A stretch of 63,712 nucleotides of DNA, counting the filler, from Octopus bimaculoides (taxonomy: Eukaryota): NCBI RefSeq assembly GCF_001194135.2. It is 6 parts of 5 records of this genome, joined end to end, with 100 filler letters (N's around TTAATTAATTAA, not from the genome) between each part and the next. Parts side by side here need not be neighbours in the genome. Positions count along the whole stretch, not along the records: positions 36,107 to 43,667 come from NC_068990.1; positions 43,768 to 51,260 come from NC_068986.1; positions 51,361 to 61,469 come from NC_069008.1; 3 more parts are not named here. One strand, written 5' to 3'. The notes beneath the pieces are model-generated. The model was not told the DNA's origin and searched no databases. It was given only the letters and a program-made list of their open reading frames with translations. Below are positions 40,056 through 53,343 of this stretch, in pieces (position 1 is the first letter of the stretch; every line of letters begins with the position of its first letter). Both the position numbers and the translations under genes were made by a program.

Positions 40056-40062
40056 AGTTCTT

Positions 40063-40104
<42 letters not shown>

Positions 40105-40496
40105 CTTTTTGCTAGTGTTGCAGCTGTTTAGAATATCACCCATCCTTTCCTTGGCTAATGTCAGAAACCACTCAATTGCATTAAGGAAAATAAATAAAAA
40201 CAACAACAACGGTAATAATAATAATAATAATAGTAATAGTAATAATAATAATAAAAATACTAAGAATATAAAACATTAAAAATAAAACATGATAAAAAAA
40301 CACAAAATGAATTTGGTGATATTTTTATTGAAATTTACATTCGCTTCGAAGTAAAGTAGAATGGTAATCTTTCAAACTTAATGACCTCTTATCAATGTTG
40401 AATTAGCGAGTTCTATAATGAAGCAAGTTTGTAAGAAACCTAACGTCAGAGAGAAACGACATGACAGATCTGTCTCCTCATTTACACACACACGCA

Positions 40497-40574
<78 letters not shown>

Positions 40575-41548
40575 TCTTCACTCTTACATTTCTCTCTCTC
40601 TCTTTCTCCCCGCTGACTCTCTGCTTCAGGTACACACACACGCACGTACGCACATACCCGCGTATATATGAACCTTTAGCAAGATAGCAAACATATATAT
40701 ATACAATAAAATAATTGAAATAAATTGCTTAACACATTGACTTATCTACACATATTCAAGAGTATGCGTATGTATGTATGATTGTGTGTGCACGTGTATG
40801 CGTGTATTTGTATGTCTAGAATTTATTTTGTTTTTCTTTTTTAGAATTCAAAACGGTCACTAACAAAGTAGCAAAGCACTTTCGTTTAAGTCACGAGAAG
40901 TCTTTGGGGCTTGTATTTGAGTTGGTTTATGTGTGCATATGCGTATGCTTGTTGTGTGTGTGCGTGTGTGCGCGTGTGTGTGTGTGTGTGTGCATGCGCG
41001 TGGTGGGGTGAATAAAATTGCACTCATAGTTATGCGTATATATTACTATTTATGTGAGCGCATACAGACGCATTCTGTATGCAAATGTAATTATGTGCAT
41101 ATGTTCACCCAGGAATCTCAAACAGAGAATCACTGAAGTGATAGAGAATCAACGAAGATTTTAAAGCGGAAGGAAGAGACGAAGAATTACGACCCAAGTT
41201 TACATAGCCAGAAGAAAACGAATACAAGTAGAGAGCTTTACAAAAAAGAAAAAAAAACCCATAAAATAAGATCTAAATAAGCCCTTCCTTTCAGCTCTTG
41301 ACTAAACGCAAATTGTTTCCCGGCATCAAAACTTATAATGCGTTTTGAGTAGTTTTCGGCAAGTTTTTGTGATGTGGGTGAGATCTTCAGTCGTTGTTCC
41401 AAGGTATCCTACTCTTAGTTGGTTAGGAACTTAATAGCTTCTGAATAGTGAAAGTTTATCTTGCTAGGTATGATATAAGTTATTTATCCTATCTAACCAG
41501 AAAAGCTACTCTTCCTCTCAGTTTTTTAATGCTTATCTTGCAGGATAG

Positions 41549-41677
41549 CAAAAGTTCAATAGGTTATAGCAGTACGTACGTTTCACGTTTCGTACAAACT
41601 TCATTTATTTATGTAGTGAGAACACCACATGAACTTTGTATGAAACGTACGTACTGCTATAACCTATTGAATTTTTG
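41549..41677. repeat. Inverted repeat, ~50-bp arms, ~24-nt spacer
   Basis: caaaagttcaataggttatagcagtacgtacgtttca[cgtttcg]tacaaacttcat pairs with atgaactttgtatgaaacgtacgtactgctataacctattgaatttttg. Confidence 0.9.
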
Positions 41678-41804
41678 TTGCTTTTCTTCAAATTTTATTC
41701 ACCAAATCTCTTGATTTTGTTTTTGGTTTTTACCCTACCAAATTCTGGTGCCTCAAACATTTTAAGTACCACATTTAATCTTTTGATTAAATCTATATAA
41801 TTAT

Positions 41805-41960
41805 AGTAGTTGTATACTGCCAACTTAACGTGACAGTCCCAATAAGGGAATATACTACTGCTGTTTAGCCCTAGGAAGCGGTCTGGCTTCCTAGGGCTAA
41901 ACAGCAGTAGTATATTCCCTTATTGGGACTGACACGTTAAGTTGGCAGTATACAACTACT
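41805..41960. repeat. Near-perfect palindrome: 75-bp arms, 6-nt loop, flanked by TTAT direct repeats
   Basis: Arms 41805-41879 and 41886-41960 differ at one position; TTAT at 41801-41804 and 41961-41964. Confidence 0.95.
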
Positions 41961-42678
41961 TTATCGCATCACTACTGCTTAAGTCTCTCTGAGAGATTAA
42001 GAAATTCATTATTTCTAATATATAATTATATATATATATACATACATACGCAAACATATACATAGATACATATATATACATGATGGCCAGAGGCAATTAC
42101 CTTCATGTATATGTCTACGTATACATCTCTTCATGAACTACGAAAGTGCACCGCTCCTTGTATGGCTTACTACAAACTTCAAAATATATCACCAATTCAA
42201 TATACAGCAAAATCATCACAATTAAAATATAGGTTAGTAGACATAATATTCTGTCAACATGTATTATTTTCATTTGTATGACTATTTGATTTGTACACCT
42301 AAACTGTTAATTAGCTGACTGTAGTTGGATATGTAGAACTTGATGTGCACAAACACACGCTCACACACACACACACACACATTCACGCACACGCGCATAC
42401 ACACACATACATATAACTACATATCTGCCTTTTATATAACCGTAGAAACACATATAGTGTATTTTATAGTATATTTTGATAAGTATTAATTTGATACATC
42501 AGTTTAAATATATTAACAATAGTTATGTTAGAAAATGTATACACAGTGAACATAAACATTTTATAATTATATCTTTCTTTCAAAACATTATATGTATTAC
42601 TATTTGCATACTAATACACGAGCAAACACACACATGCACACACGCGCACGCTCACATACACACACGTACATGTGTGTA

Positions 42679-42717
<39 letters not shown>

Positions 42718-42772
42718 CTAGCTAGACACAATACCTATATGCTGGGATAAAATTGGATAGAAATTACATTTA

Positions 42773-42831
<59 letters not shown>

Positions 42832-43608
42832 GTCACGGCATATTTAATTAATGTGATAGCTACCTGATTTTAGTTTCTCGTCAATAAATATTCTATCAGA
42901 ATACATTCTACAAAATACCATAAACATATGCACAGTGAAATAACAATCATTTCTGTGTCATATAAGAACACAAAAAGTTAGACACTATGCATACATCAAG
43001 TATGAGAGATATATACATATATGTTTCTATACATATAAACTCATATCAAAGTACTTGCTTTACAAGATAATTATCAGATATTACAGTCATAAACCAGACA
43101 CAGTGTATAAAAACGTAAACTATTTAACGAACAATTATCTTTATGTAATAATTTGATAATTAAAATATACCATTCACTAATAGTACTTGTCTACTAATAC
43201 TTAATGAATGAAGCTAGATTTTTATGTACGCATAGGATTCTAAGTACATTTGCTGATGTGCATGTGTGTGCGGTGTGGGGTGTATGTTCCATAAGTAATT
43301 AGTTTTAACATGTATTTCTAGTTGCCTATGTGCAATGTTTTATGATAAACATACCCCCTCTCCCCCTCTCCCTCTTTCCCTTCACTGCTTCTAACGAGGT
43401 CTTTAGTTTTGCTTCAGACTAATTATTACGGTGGAGGCATTTGTCAGAATCGTTAAGATATTTTGATTTCTCAGAACGCAAAATTAACTGTAACTTGTAT
43501 AATTTCTTATTTATCCTTTGTGTTATAATTATTCTCCGCCTGTATGTAAATGTGTGCGTGCGCGTGCGAGAGAGAGTGTGTGTGAGTGTATGTGTGAGTG
43601 TGTGTATG

Positions 43609-43667
<59 letters not shown>

Positions 43668-43767
43668 NNNNNNNNNNNNNNNNNNNNNNNNNNNNNNNNN
43701 NNNNNNNNNNNTTAATTAATTAANNNNNNNNNNNNNNNNNNNNNNNNNNNNNNNNNNNNNNNNNNNN

Positions 43768-43801
<34 letters not shown>

Positions 43802-43942
43802 TGAACTGTGCAGAAACGAAGCAACCCGAAAGAATTTAACGGTAACGTAATCCAATGGTAGCGTAAGAGACCCATGAATCAGGTACACCAAATCAATCGA
43901 AAGGACGTATAGAGTCCGTGTGATCCTACGGTAAATAGCCAC

Positions 43943-43994
<52 letters not shown>

Positions 43995-44501
43995 TGTATA
44001 TATATATATATATACACATATTTCGGTGCGTATGGTTTTGTTATACGCTGCCGAATTGCCGAATTTACTATCCTGTAAATATTAATAATGGTATTTATAT
44101 AAGCTTAAAGCTTATAGCGATCACCGTGCAATGAATAAAGAAAATAGCCTAGTAATGGGGCGTATAAGTCCTGGACAGAAAAAAATAGGCTTTCCCATCC
44201 GCGTGGGACACGAACCCATACACATATACTGCGTGGCACCTTGGGCAAGTGTCTTCTACTATAGCCTCGGGCCGACCAAAGCCTTGTGAGTGGATTTGAT
44301 AGACGGAAGCTGAAAGAAGCCCGTCGAATAAGTACTAGGCTGACAAAGAAAAAGTCCTGGGGTCGATTTTCTCGACTAAAGGCGGTGCTCCAGCATGGCC
44401 GCAATATATACCCGTGGTTGGGAAGCAGACTCCTTTCCACTTAGCCACTCCGGTGCCTATGTATGTATGTATGTATGTATGTATGTATGTATGTATGTAT
44501 G

Positions 44502-44550
<49 letters not shown>

Positions 44551-45502
44551 CTTTCTCTCTCTCTATATATATATATATGTGTGTATGTATGTATAAATAT
44601 ATATCTACTCAGAGTCTCGTTTTGCAACCACGTGGTTTCGAGTTCAATCCCGTTGCGCGACACCTAGATAAAATATCTTCTACAGAAATCTCCGGCCAGC
44701 CGATACCTACCTCGCGAGCGAAATTAGTTGACAGAAATTTTGTGGTAACCCGTCATATATTTTTATATATGTGTGCGTATATGTGTATTTTTGTGTTTCT
44801 GTCTGCCACACCACCCACCGCTGGACAACCGGTATTGTTTTTTTTTTTAATACCCGATAGAAAAACTACCGACTAATACTCATCTAAAGCGGTACCCCAG
44901 CATGGACGCAGTCCAATGACTGAAACTAGTAGTTGTGTTGGTGGTAGTAGTGGCAGTAGATGTGGTTGTGGTGGTGTTGGTGGTGTTAGTGGTGCTGGTG
45001 ATAGAAGAGCTGTTGGTAGCGATATTGATAATAATAATTGTATATTATTATTGATTCTGGTAAGGTGGGCAGACTGAATTATTAATCCGCCGGACAAAAT
45101 GCATAGCGGTATTTCGTTCATCTTTACGTTCTGTGTTCAGAGGACGACATTGCCTTTCCATAAAATAAGTACCGGTTGAAAATCGTTTTCCGTCTAATCT
45201 CAAAATTTCTGTCCTTGTGCCAAACATTTGAATGGATTATCAATATCGGTATTGTCTTATCCCAGGTCTGCCTTGATCGTGCAACACGATCAAAAGCATT
45301 CAAAATGGTGACCATCCCACCTTTGCGTCTCTTGGAGACATCGTTACCGAAAGTTTTCATTTTTTGATTTTATTTCAGACTGTAATAGTGCAGTGCAGTG
45401 AGACAATGTCGATAGAATATGTCTGAGAAGCATGTACCATGCTCTCGTTAATTATATTAGATGCCTGTGTAATCACGAGCGTAAATACGACCACCTTTCA
45501 GC

Positions 45503-45590
<88 letters not shown>

Positions 45591-45944
45591 GTGGGAGAGA
45601 GAGTGGGAGGGTGAGACAATCGGATAGAGAGTGAAGGAGAAACAGACAGACAGGAAGGAGAGAGTTGAATGCTGCTTCTACATTAGGTTCGTACTCATTT
45701 TCAGCCGAGTAGACTGGGGCAACCGGACCCAACGTATCAGCTGGTCCAGTCGCTGAACCCACGATCTTATGATCATGAGCACAACACTTTAACCACTACG
45801 TCATGTACCGGCATAAGACAGTAATAACTGACACTAGTTTGATAGAGAGATGGCTGCTACGTCTAGCAAATCATACTACCGCATAGACGCTTCCTCGTTC
45901 CTTCGTCTAACAATAGAGCTAATGATTGGTGATATAGCAGATGT

Positions 45945-46000
<56 letters not shown>

Positions 46001-47576
46001 TTGCAGTAGACAAATGAAGCACGTGTGTGGAGCACAGGGTGTAGTTAGAGATTGTCGCCATAAAATATACACCATCCGGGCATCTGTTCGGTGTGTTTAC
46101 GTCAGACCCTCGTTACCAGATGTCGTGACTATCCGTGCTTCCCGATATTATTTTTGCTGTTGTTGCCATTATAGCTGTAGTTGTTGTTGCCGTTGTTGTT
46201 TAAGTCTATTGTTCAACTACATTTTAGCAATTGGCTTTTATATCCTATAGCTGAAATACACATCTTAACTCTCTTTATATGCGAATGTATACAGAGGTCT
46301 ACATGTGTATATGTGTATACTAGACATAAGTTTTATAAACTACAAAACATAAATATCCACACTACCACACTTGAAACGTACCTGTTATAACTCTTTATCT
46401 CGATTTGAATGTACATGAAGGTATTTAGAATGCCAAAATTTATTTCTGCAAATATGCTAATTACTGATACTGATCATAATTTAATCAATAAGCATAAGAA
46501 TAGACCCTCTTAGGACATCCCTGGCATTAGGGGAGTTCTGATTTGAGTTTTGTTGTCCTTGCATCAACGGTCTAGGAGGAGTTAACGAACATAAATACGT
46601 AACGGACAAGAGAAACATCACTCAAATTTATAATAGGGTATATGTATACCCGTATATGATTATATGTCGTGTATAATCATATTTGAGAGCATAAAAGGCG
46701 CTCGAGCATATCAAATGCACCACAATTTCAATAGAGCTTATTTAGCTAAAGAAATGTTTTAGAACCTTCTAGCTTATGGGAGGTCCATCTTCCTTCATAG
46801 AACCCGAGATGATGTTTTGAGAGATATTTTGCGGCGGGGTGAATGGGGTTTGATATAGCAGCAAATACGGTGTGTGTGTAACCGTATGTATAAATCTGTA
46901 TGCATTTTGAAGGTATGCCTCCTTTTCAGATTAATTAGTTAAAGCATTTCAATATTTAATTTAAATTAAGGCAGCGAGCTGGTTAAATTGTTAGCACGCC
47001 GGACAAAATGCTTCGCAGAATTTCGACCATCTTTACGTTCTGAGTTCATAATCCGCCGAGGTCGACTTTGCCTTTCACCCTTTCGGGGATGGGGTATTTC
47101 GATGAAATAAGTGCATTTAAAGACGTAAAGCGTTAAATATACACTGTTTACTTCAAACCCAGGCAAAACGAATAGCTCCGGAGGTGAACAAGGACGACAG
47201 ATATCGATATTTTGCAGTTATTTCCGTTCAGTGGTGTCGTATATTCCCTGAACGAAATAACACACACACACACACAAATTAATTATATAATACAATCTTC
47301 AAATTTTGGCACGAGGCCAGCAATTTCGGAGAGGAGTTAAATCGATGACATCCATCCCAGTGATTAACTGGTACCTATTTCATCAAAGGCAAAGTTGACC
47401 TCGTTGGAATTTGAAATCAGAATGTAAAGACGGACAAAATACCGTTAAGTATTTAACCCGGCGTGCTAACGATTCTTCTAGCTCGCTGCTATCCACTAAC
47501 TGTATGATATTGATGATATTTAATTTAAATATTTAGTTATCTATAAGTAATATGTAAATATTATACATATAAACTA

Positions 47577-47701
47577 CAGGGTGTCCACAAACTATGGGTA
47601 CATAGGGATTAACATACTTTAAGACATTATTATTTCTTATATTTAATTGTTTATGTTATGATTTTATTTACTCTAGGTACCCAGACCTTGTGGACACCCT
47701 A
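47577..47701. mobile_element. 125-bp Tc1/mariner-type MITE
   Basis: TA|cagggtgtccacaaactatgggtac ... gtacccagaccttgtggacacccta|TA. Confidence 0.8.
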
Positions 47702-47918
47702 TAGATATGTTATTTAATTATTTGTAAGATATTTCATTAAACAATTGACTAATTATTTAAATTTAAATTTATTGCTTAAATTAATTTATCATTTGAAATT
47801 AATTATATATTGTACTGATTCACTTATCTTCACTAAAGTACACGTACTCGGGTATTCATCAAAATATACACATTCAAACATACCTACACACACATACACA
47901 CATACATACACGCACACA

Positions 47919-47949
<31 letters not shown>

Positions 47950-48930
47950 GCAGAAACAAATTTATACACATAGCTACGTAAAAAAAAAACGTGAACGAAC
48001 GAGGCTAATTAGAAAATTACAGATAGAAACCATTAACGGAACTGTGAATATGTCAAACATAGCAGAAATTTAGCACGTAATTACCACCAAGACATACACA
48101 TACATAGTTACATGCTTATGGACATGTATACATGTATACATATATACATGCAAACACGCATACATATTCATANNNNNNNNNNNNNNNNNNNNNNNNNNNN
48201 NNNNNNNNNNNNNNNNNNNNNNNNNNNNNNNNNNNNNNNNNNNNNNNNNNNNNNNNNNNNNNNNNNNNNNNNNNNNNNNNNNNNNNNNNNNNNNNNNNNN
48301 NNNNNNNNNNNNNNNNNNNNNNNNNNNNNNNNNNNNNNNNNNNNNNNNNNNNNNNNNNNNNNNNNNNNNNNNNNNNNNNNNNNNNNNNNNNNNNNNNNNN
48401 NNNNNNNNNNNNNNNNNNNNNNNNNNNNNNNNNNNNNNNNNNNNNNNNNNNNNNNNNNNNNNNNNNNNNNNNNNNNNNNNNNNNNNNNNNNNNNNNNNNN
48501 NNNNNNNNNNNNNNNNNNNNNNNNNNNNNNNNNNNNNNNNNNNNNNNNNNNNNNNNNNNNNNNNNNNNNNNNNNNNNNNNNNNNNNNNNNNNNNNNNNNN
48601 NNNNNNNNNNNNNNNNNNNNNNNNNNNNNNNNNNNNNNNNNNNNNNNNNNNNNNNNNNNNNNNNNNNNNNNNNNNNNNNNNNNNNNNNNNNNNNNNNNNN
48701 NNNNNNNNNNNNNNNNNNNNNNNNNNNNNNNNNNNNNNNNNNNNNNNNNNNNNNGTGCGACGGACTTTTTCAGTTTCCGTCTACCAAATTCACTCACAAG
48801 GCTTTGGTCGACCGGAGGTTACAATAGAAGACACTTGCCCAAGGTGCCACACAGAGGGAATGAACCCAGAAACATGTGGTTGATAAGCAAACTACTTACC
48901 ATACAACCACTCCTATTATATATATATATA

Positions 48931-49130
48931 TGGGAGAATGTACAAAAAAAAAACAGCAACAGACGAGGGCAGGTGGTGTAAACAACAAAAGGATGTATTA
49001 GCTTGACACTCGGGAATACAGAAAGTCTTTAACGTTTCGAGCTACGCTCTTCAACAGAAAGAATACGGAGAAAACAAGGAGAAAAACACGGAGAAAAAAA
49101 TTGAAAGGTGTTTGGTCAACGATCTATCAT
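48931..49130 (-). mobile_element. Penelope-like pseudo-LTR copy 1 (gggagaat...acagacgagg..caggtggtgta family)
   Basis: Dispersed repeat also at 10265-10341 and 49374-49491. It starts at a (TA)n tract and carries the hammerhead-like motif. Confidence 0.55.
49026..49062 (-). ncRNA. Hammerhead-like motif with variant core CUGUUGA
   Basis: Minus strand TCTTT CTGTTGA A GAGC gta GCTC GAAAC GTT / AAAGA: intact 5-bp stem I, 4-bp stem II and AACGTT palindrome, but A6 of the core is U. Confidence 0.6.
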
Positions 49131-49180
49131 GGCTTACACAGACACACAGACACGTACACACACACACATACTTTACATAA

Positions 49181-49325
49181 AAACGATGGGGTGCTGAAGA
49201 GTTCCTGGCTGTAAAGATGTCACGAGAGAATCAGTGGGTGGCCCATGCTTCATAGTTCTTCTTACAGGGCTTAGAAAAACTGTAGGACCGTTGCAATAAG
49301 TGTGTGAATCTGAGAGGAGAATACA
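49181..49325 (+). mobile_element. Partial second copy of the mariner derivative
   Basis: ggggtgctgaagagttcctggc TIR and tacagggcttagaaaaactg...gcaataagtgtgtgaatctgagagg match 15236-15453. Confidence 0.75.
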
Positions 49326-49373
49326 GCACCTTGGTTTTCGTGCTTTATATATATATGTATATATATATATATA

Positions 49374-49491
49374 GGGAGAATTCACAAAGAAATTAAAACA
49401 ACAGACGAAGACAGGTGGTGTAGAAAGCAAACAGATGTATTAGTATAACGCTCGGGAACTGAAAAAGTCTTTAACGTTTCGAGCCTACGCT
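49374..49491 (-). mobile_element. Penelope-like pseudo-LTR copy 2, truncated within the hammerhead by a SINE
   Basis: Direct repeat of 48931-49050 (tctttaacgtttcgagcctacgct), then switches to SINE-A sequence. Confidence 0.55.
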
Positions 49492-51360
49492 AAACACTTC
49501 GTCCAGCGCGCTAACGATTCTGCCACCTCGCCGCTCTCAGTGGATGAGATATAACATCCGAGATAAATGAAACCTGAAGTTTTGTAATGCAGCAGGCCGG
49601 TAGAATCATTAGTGAGTCGAACAAAATGCTTAGCAGCAATTCTTCCTATTCTTAACGTTCTGAGTTCAAATTCCGTAGAGGTCGACTTGTGCATGTAATA
49701 AGAATTACTCTTTGCAATTTTAGTACAGGGTCAGCCATTTTGAAGGGAAAGGGAAGCAAATAAAATTAATTCCAGTAATTGACTAGAACTTTATTTTATA
49801 GATATCGGAAAGATGAAAGACAGCGTCGGACTGGGCGGTATTCGAATTTTTAGCGTAAAGGACCGGAAGAAATGTCTCCTCACTAACGATTCCGCCTGGA
49901 CGCATTCTTTAATGGTTTCATATTTCGATACAAGTCCAACAGCTATTCTTTAGGTGAAGGAGCAAGTCGATTACATCGATTCTAATGCTCTACAGGTACT
50001 TATTTAATCGACCCTGAAAGAGTGAAAGGGAAAGTTGATGTTGATGGAATTTGAACTCAGAACGTAAAGAGCCGTAAGAACTGCCATGAAGTACATTTAC
50101 CCCAATGCTTTAAGAAATTTTATGGTTCTAAACTCTTAGGAATAATTTCTGAATAATAATAAGTAAAAAGCCAAAATTTGGACGGAGTATTTACTCGTTT
50201 ACATCGATGCTGAAGGGATGACAAGAGACAAAGGTGACCTCAGCGGGTTGAACTCAGACAGTAAAGACCCAGAATAAATATCGCAAAGCATGTTTCTGGA
50301 AATTTGCAAGAGATGCTCATTGATGCATAAGCTAACGATATGTCAGCCTAAGTCCAACATATAAACACATGCATTTTTATGTACACAGACATGAATAAAC
50401 ATAGTCGTAAATATAAACGCTAACTGAAGTGTCTATGTGTGTGTATGTGTGTGTGTGCTTGTGTGCACGCGTAAGTGTGTGCGTGTGGCTCTTTTATACA
50501 TTTTAAATACGATGTCTACAGACAGGAAGACCAATAGGATCAGTGCAGCCATTTCTGAAAGACCGGAAGTAATTCCCAGCCTAAAATATTCCATGATAAC
50601 GGAAGCAAAATACGATGTTTAAAGTCAGCTGTGCATTTGGTACTTTTTTCTGCCAAACATAGTTTACATACATACATACATACATACACAACAAGCACAC
50701 ACATGTGTGTATATATATATATAAACAGGCGTACATTCATATATATGTGTGTGTGTGTAGGTATGTGTGTGAGCGAGTAAGTGTGTGAGTGTGTGTGTTT
50801 CTGTGTGTGAGCATGTTGAGGTTATTCTTTCATAACTAGTTTAAGAAAAACGTCGGTAATGTTGGGGAGGGTCAGCACTAAGTGTAGAGTAAACAAAATA
50901 TTATTGCCTGTGTATTTTATATATTTGTATATTCCCATTTCTAGCAATATCGTTGCTTCGGCACCTTCGCTCGCATTTCGTGACGATGATATTTTTCCCT
51001 TGTGTTATTATATTGCGCTTAGCTGTTTATATTAATGTTTAATATATGTATTAGCATTTCGCTAAATCAGCCATAAATTTTTATGGTAAAATATATATAT
51101 GTATATATATATATATATATTGGCAGATGGATTTAGCCAAACCATCAACGGTTTGAGTAATCACTAATAATGATGCTTACGAAATAGGGGAAAATAATCT
51201 AGTCTGTTGATTCTAGAGACGGTCATGTGGTGGTTACTTCCCCTGTTAGTATATATATATNNNNNNNNNNNNNNNNNNNNNNNNNNNNNNNNNNNNNNNN
51301 NNNNTTAATTAATTAANNNNNNNNNNNNNNNNNNNNNNNNNNNNNNNNNNNNNNNNNNNN

Positions 51361-51742
51361 TGTTGTTGGCACTCCATCACTTACGACGTCGAGGGTTCCA
51401 GTTGATCCAATCAACGGAACAGCCTGCTCGTGAAATTAACGTGCAAGTGGCTGAGCACTCCACAGACATGTGTACCCTTAACGTAGCTCTCGGGGATGTT
51501 CAGCGTGACACAGTGTGACAAAGCTGACCCTTTGAATTACAGGCACAACAGAAACAGGAAGTAAGAGTGAGAGAAAGTTGTGGTGAAAGAGTACAGCAGG
51601 GTTCGCCACCATTCCCTGCTGGAGCCTTGTGGAGCTTTAGGTATTTTCGTTCAATAAACACTCACAACGCCTGGTCTGGGAATTGAAACCACGATCTTAT
51701 GACTGCGAGTCTGCTGCCCTAACCACTGGACCATTGCGCCCC
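51361..51742 (-). mobile_element. SINE family C (tRNA-derived head, tgtaattcaaaggg.cagc body)
   Basis: A/B boxes on the minus strand; body shared with the partial + copy at 636-830. Confidence 0.8.
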
Positions 51743-51962
51743 TACTATATATATATAGTCGCTAAAACAATGATAATTACTATGGTATGTTCACACTGCT
51801 TGCATCTGCTGTTTGAAACCCTCATCTTGTTCAAAATATCAGATGAATACCCTCCAGCTATCACATATTACATCTTGAATGTCTTGCCATCGATACACCA
51901 AAGTTTAGCATCATGCAGCTGACTTAGTATAAGCTTACAATATTATCAATCACCTTTCCATC

Positions 51963-52170
51963 AACCTTTTTGAATTAAAGATCTCTACAACAAATGGACA
52001 TGCTTATAAAATAAGAAGGTTGATGCAGCCATCTTATTTTCAGAAAAATTCTTTAATGCTCAGAGTTGTCAAAGCATGGAATAATCTACCAACATTGGTT
52101 GTTAACTGTCAGGACACTGCACTATTCAAATGATCTATGCTTCCCAAAATTTGCCAACACTACCTTCGAT
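51963..52170 (+). mobile_element. CR1-clade LINE 3' end
   Basis: Open frame 51963-52133 reads NLFELKISTTNGHAYKIRR...LRVVKAWNNLPTLVVNCQDTALFK*, the CR1 GH..K / RVV..WN.LP..VV / FK signature. Confidence 0.8.
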
Positions 52171-52356
52171 GAGCCTATCCACTCTTTTCTTTTTTATAGC
52201 TCTTTTGCTCTTCGTTTTTCTAACATTAAGTAAAATGTGATTGCACTTTGGGCTTTCATTGCTGTTTTTCTATACTTGACTTAGTGCTACTTTCTGTTTT
52301 CTGACTAGTTTTAGTGCACCTGATCACTGCATACGTTATTACTATTATTATTATCA

Positions 52357-52951
52357 TCTTCTTGACTTGGAATTAAGCTTATTCCTGATAGACTTTATGT
52401 GGGTAGTAGGTTATTCCCTGTAACCTTAGATATTCACACAATTTCAATAAGACCTCAAGTGCTCAAAACCTTTCTGATTATCTTCCCTGTTCCTAAAAAG
52501 CAAACTTTCCACAGAAGCTATACAGAATACTCCATTCCAATCTCCTTTATAAATTTGTCTGTTGTCACAATCATCACAGGCACAATCTTTACAGATTTCA
52601 TATTCCAAATCTTTGCAATCTCAAATGTTAAGGGGTTATAGTTTTTCAACTTTTTATCTGCTTTCTTCACAATCCTGGTAGCAAACAGACATGATGGATC
52701 AATCAATCAATATGCAAATTCTATTTTCTTTGTCTATCCATTTGAATGGGAAAACCCCACAATATCTTGCATATTTCTGACTCAAATACTAGTTCTACCC
52801 ATTGATTTTACCATGTACTTCTCTTTTCAAGCACCTATTTTTACAAAGCATCCAGTGTAAAACTTTCGCAACTGGTACTTATTCTATTGGTTTCATTTGC
52901 CAAACCACTAAGTAACAGGGATGTAAACAACACTGGTTGTTAAGTAGTAGG

Positions 52952-53007
<56 letters not shown>

Positions 53008-53343
53008 CCTGCAACAATATGTGCCATTGTTTCATCCCAAATTATACATTTTGCTGATACTTTTTTCTCATACACATATTTTCTGAAGTTGTTTGTTGGC
53101 AATGCTTGACCCTGAGCTGCTGTAAGGTTCTTTGTTTCTTTTTCAACCAAGTTCCGGATTTTCTTCCATGTGAATCCTCAGTGGTTTTCCAAAACTGACT
53201 GTGTAAAGGTTTCTCATCAATCTGCTCAACCTATTCTCTTTGAACTTTATTTTCGTCTGATTTGCTTTTTCGGGCTTGATCATTTGTTCTTTATTTGCTG
53301 CCTTCATTAACTTTTCTTTGTTGTTCTGCAAACAATCAATGAT
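52357..53343 (-). mobile_element. R4/Dong-like RLE non-LTR retrotransposon 3' fragment, interrupted by a SINE-B piece and (CA)n
   Basis: Translates ETKNLTAAQGQAL...C..WDETMAHIVAGC and ...VKKADKKLKNYNPLTFEIAKIWNMKSVKIVPV; flanked on both sides by (AAT)-type tracts in element orientation. Confidence 0.85.

Noticed and set aside
51140-51250. Possible decayed hammerhead (ATCAACGG/CTGTTGAT helix, CTAATAA...GAAA, ending ccctgttagt like the 36225 element)
   Set aside because: Two core G>A changes and no valid stem II/III; at most a dead Penelope relic.
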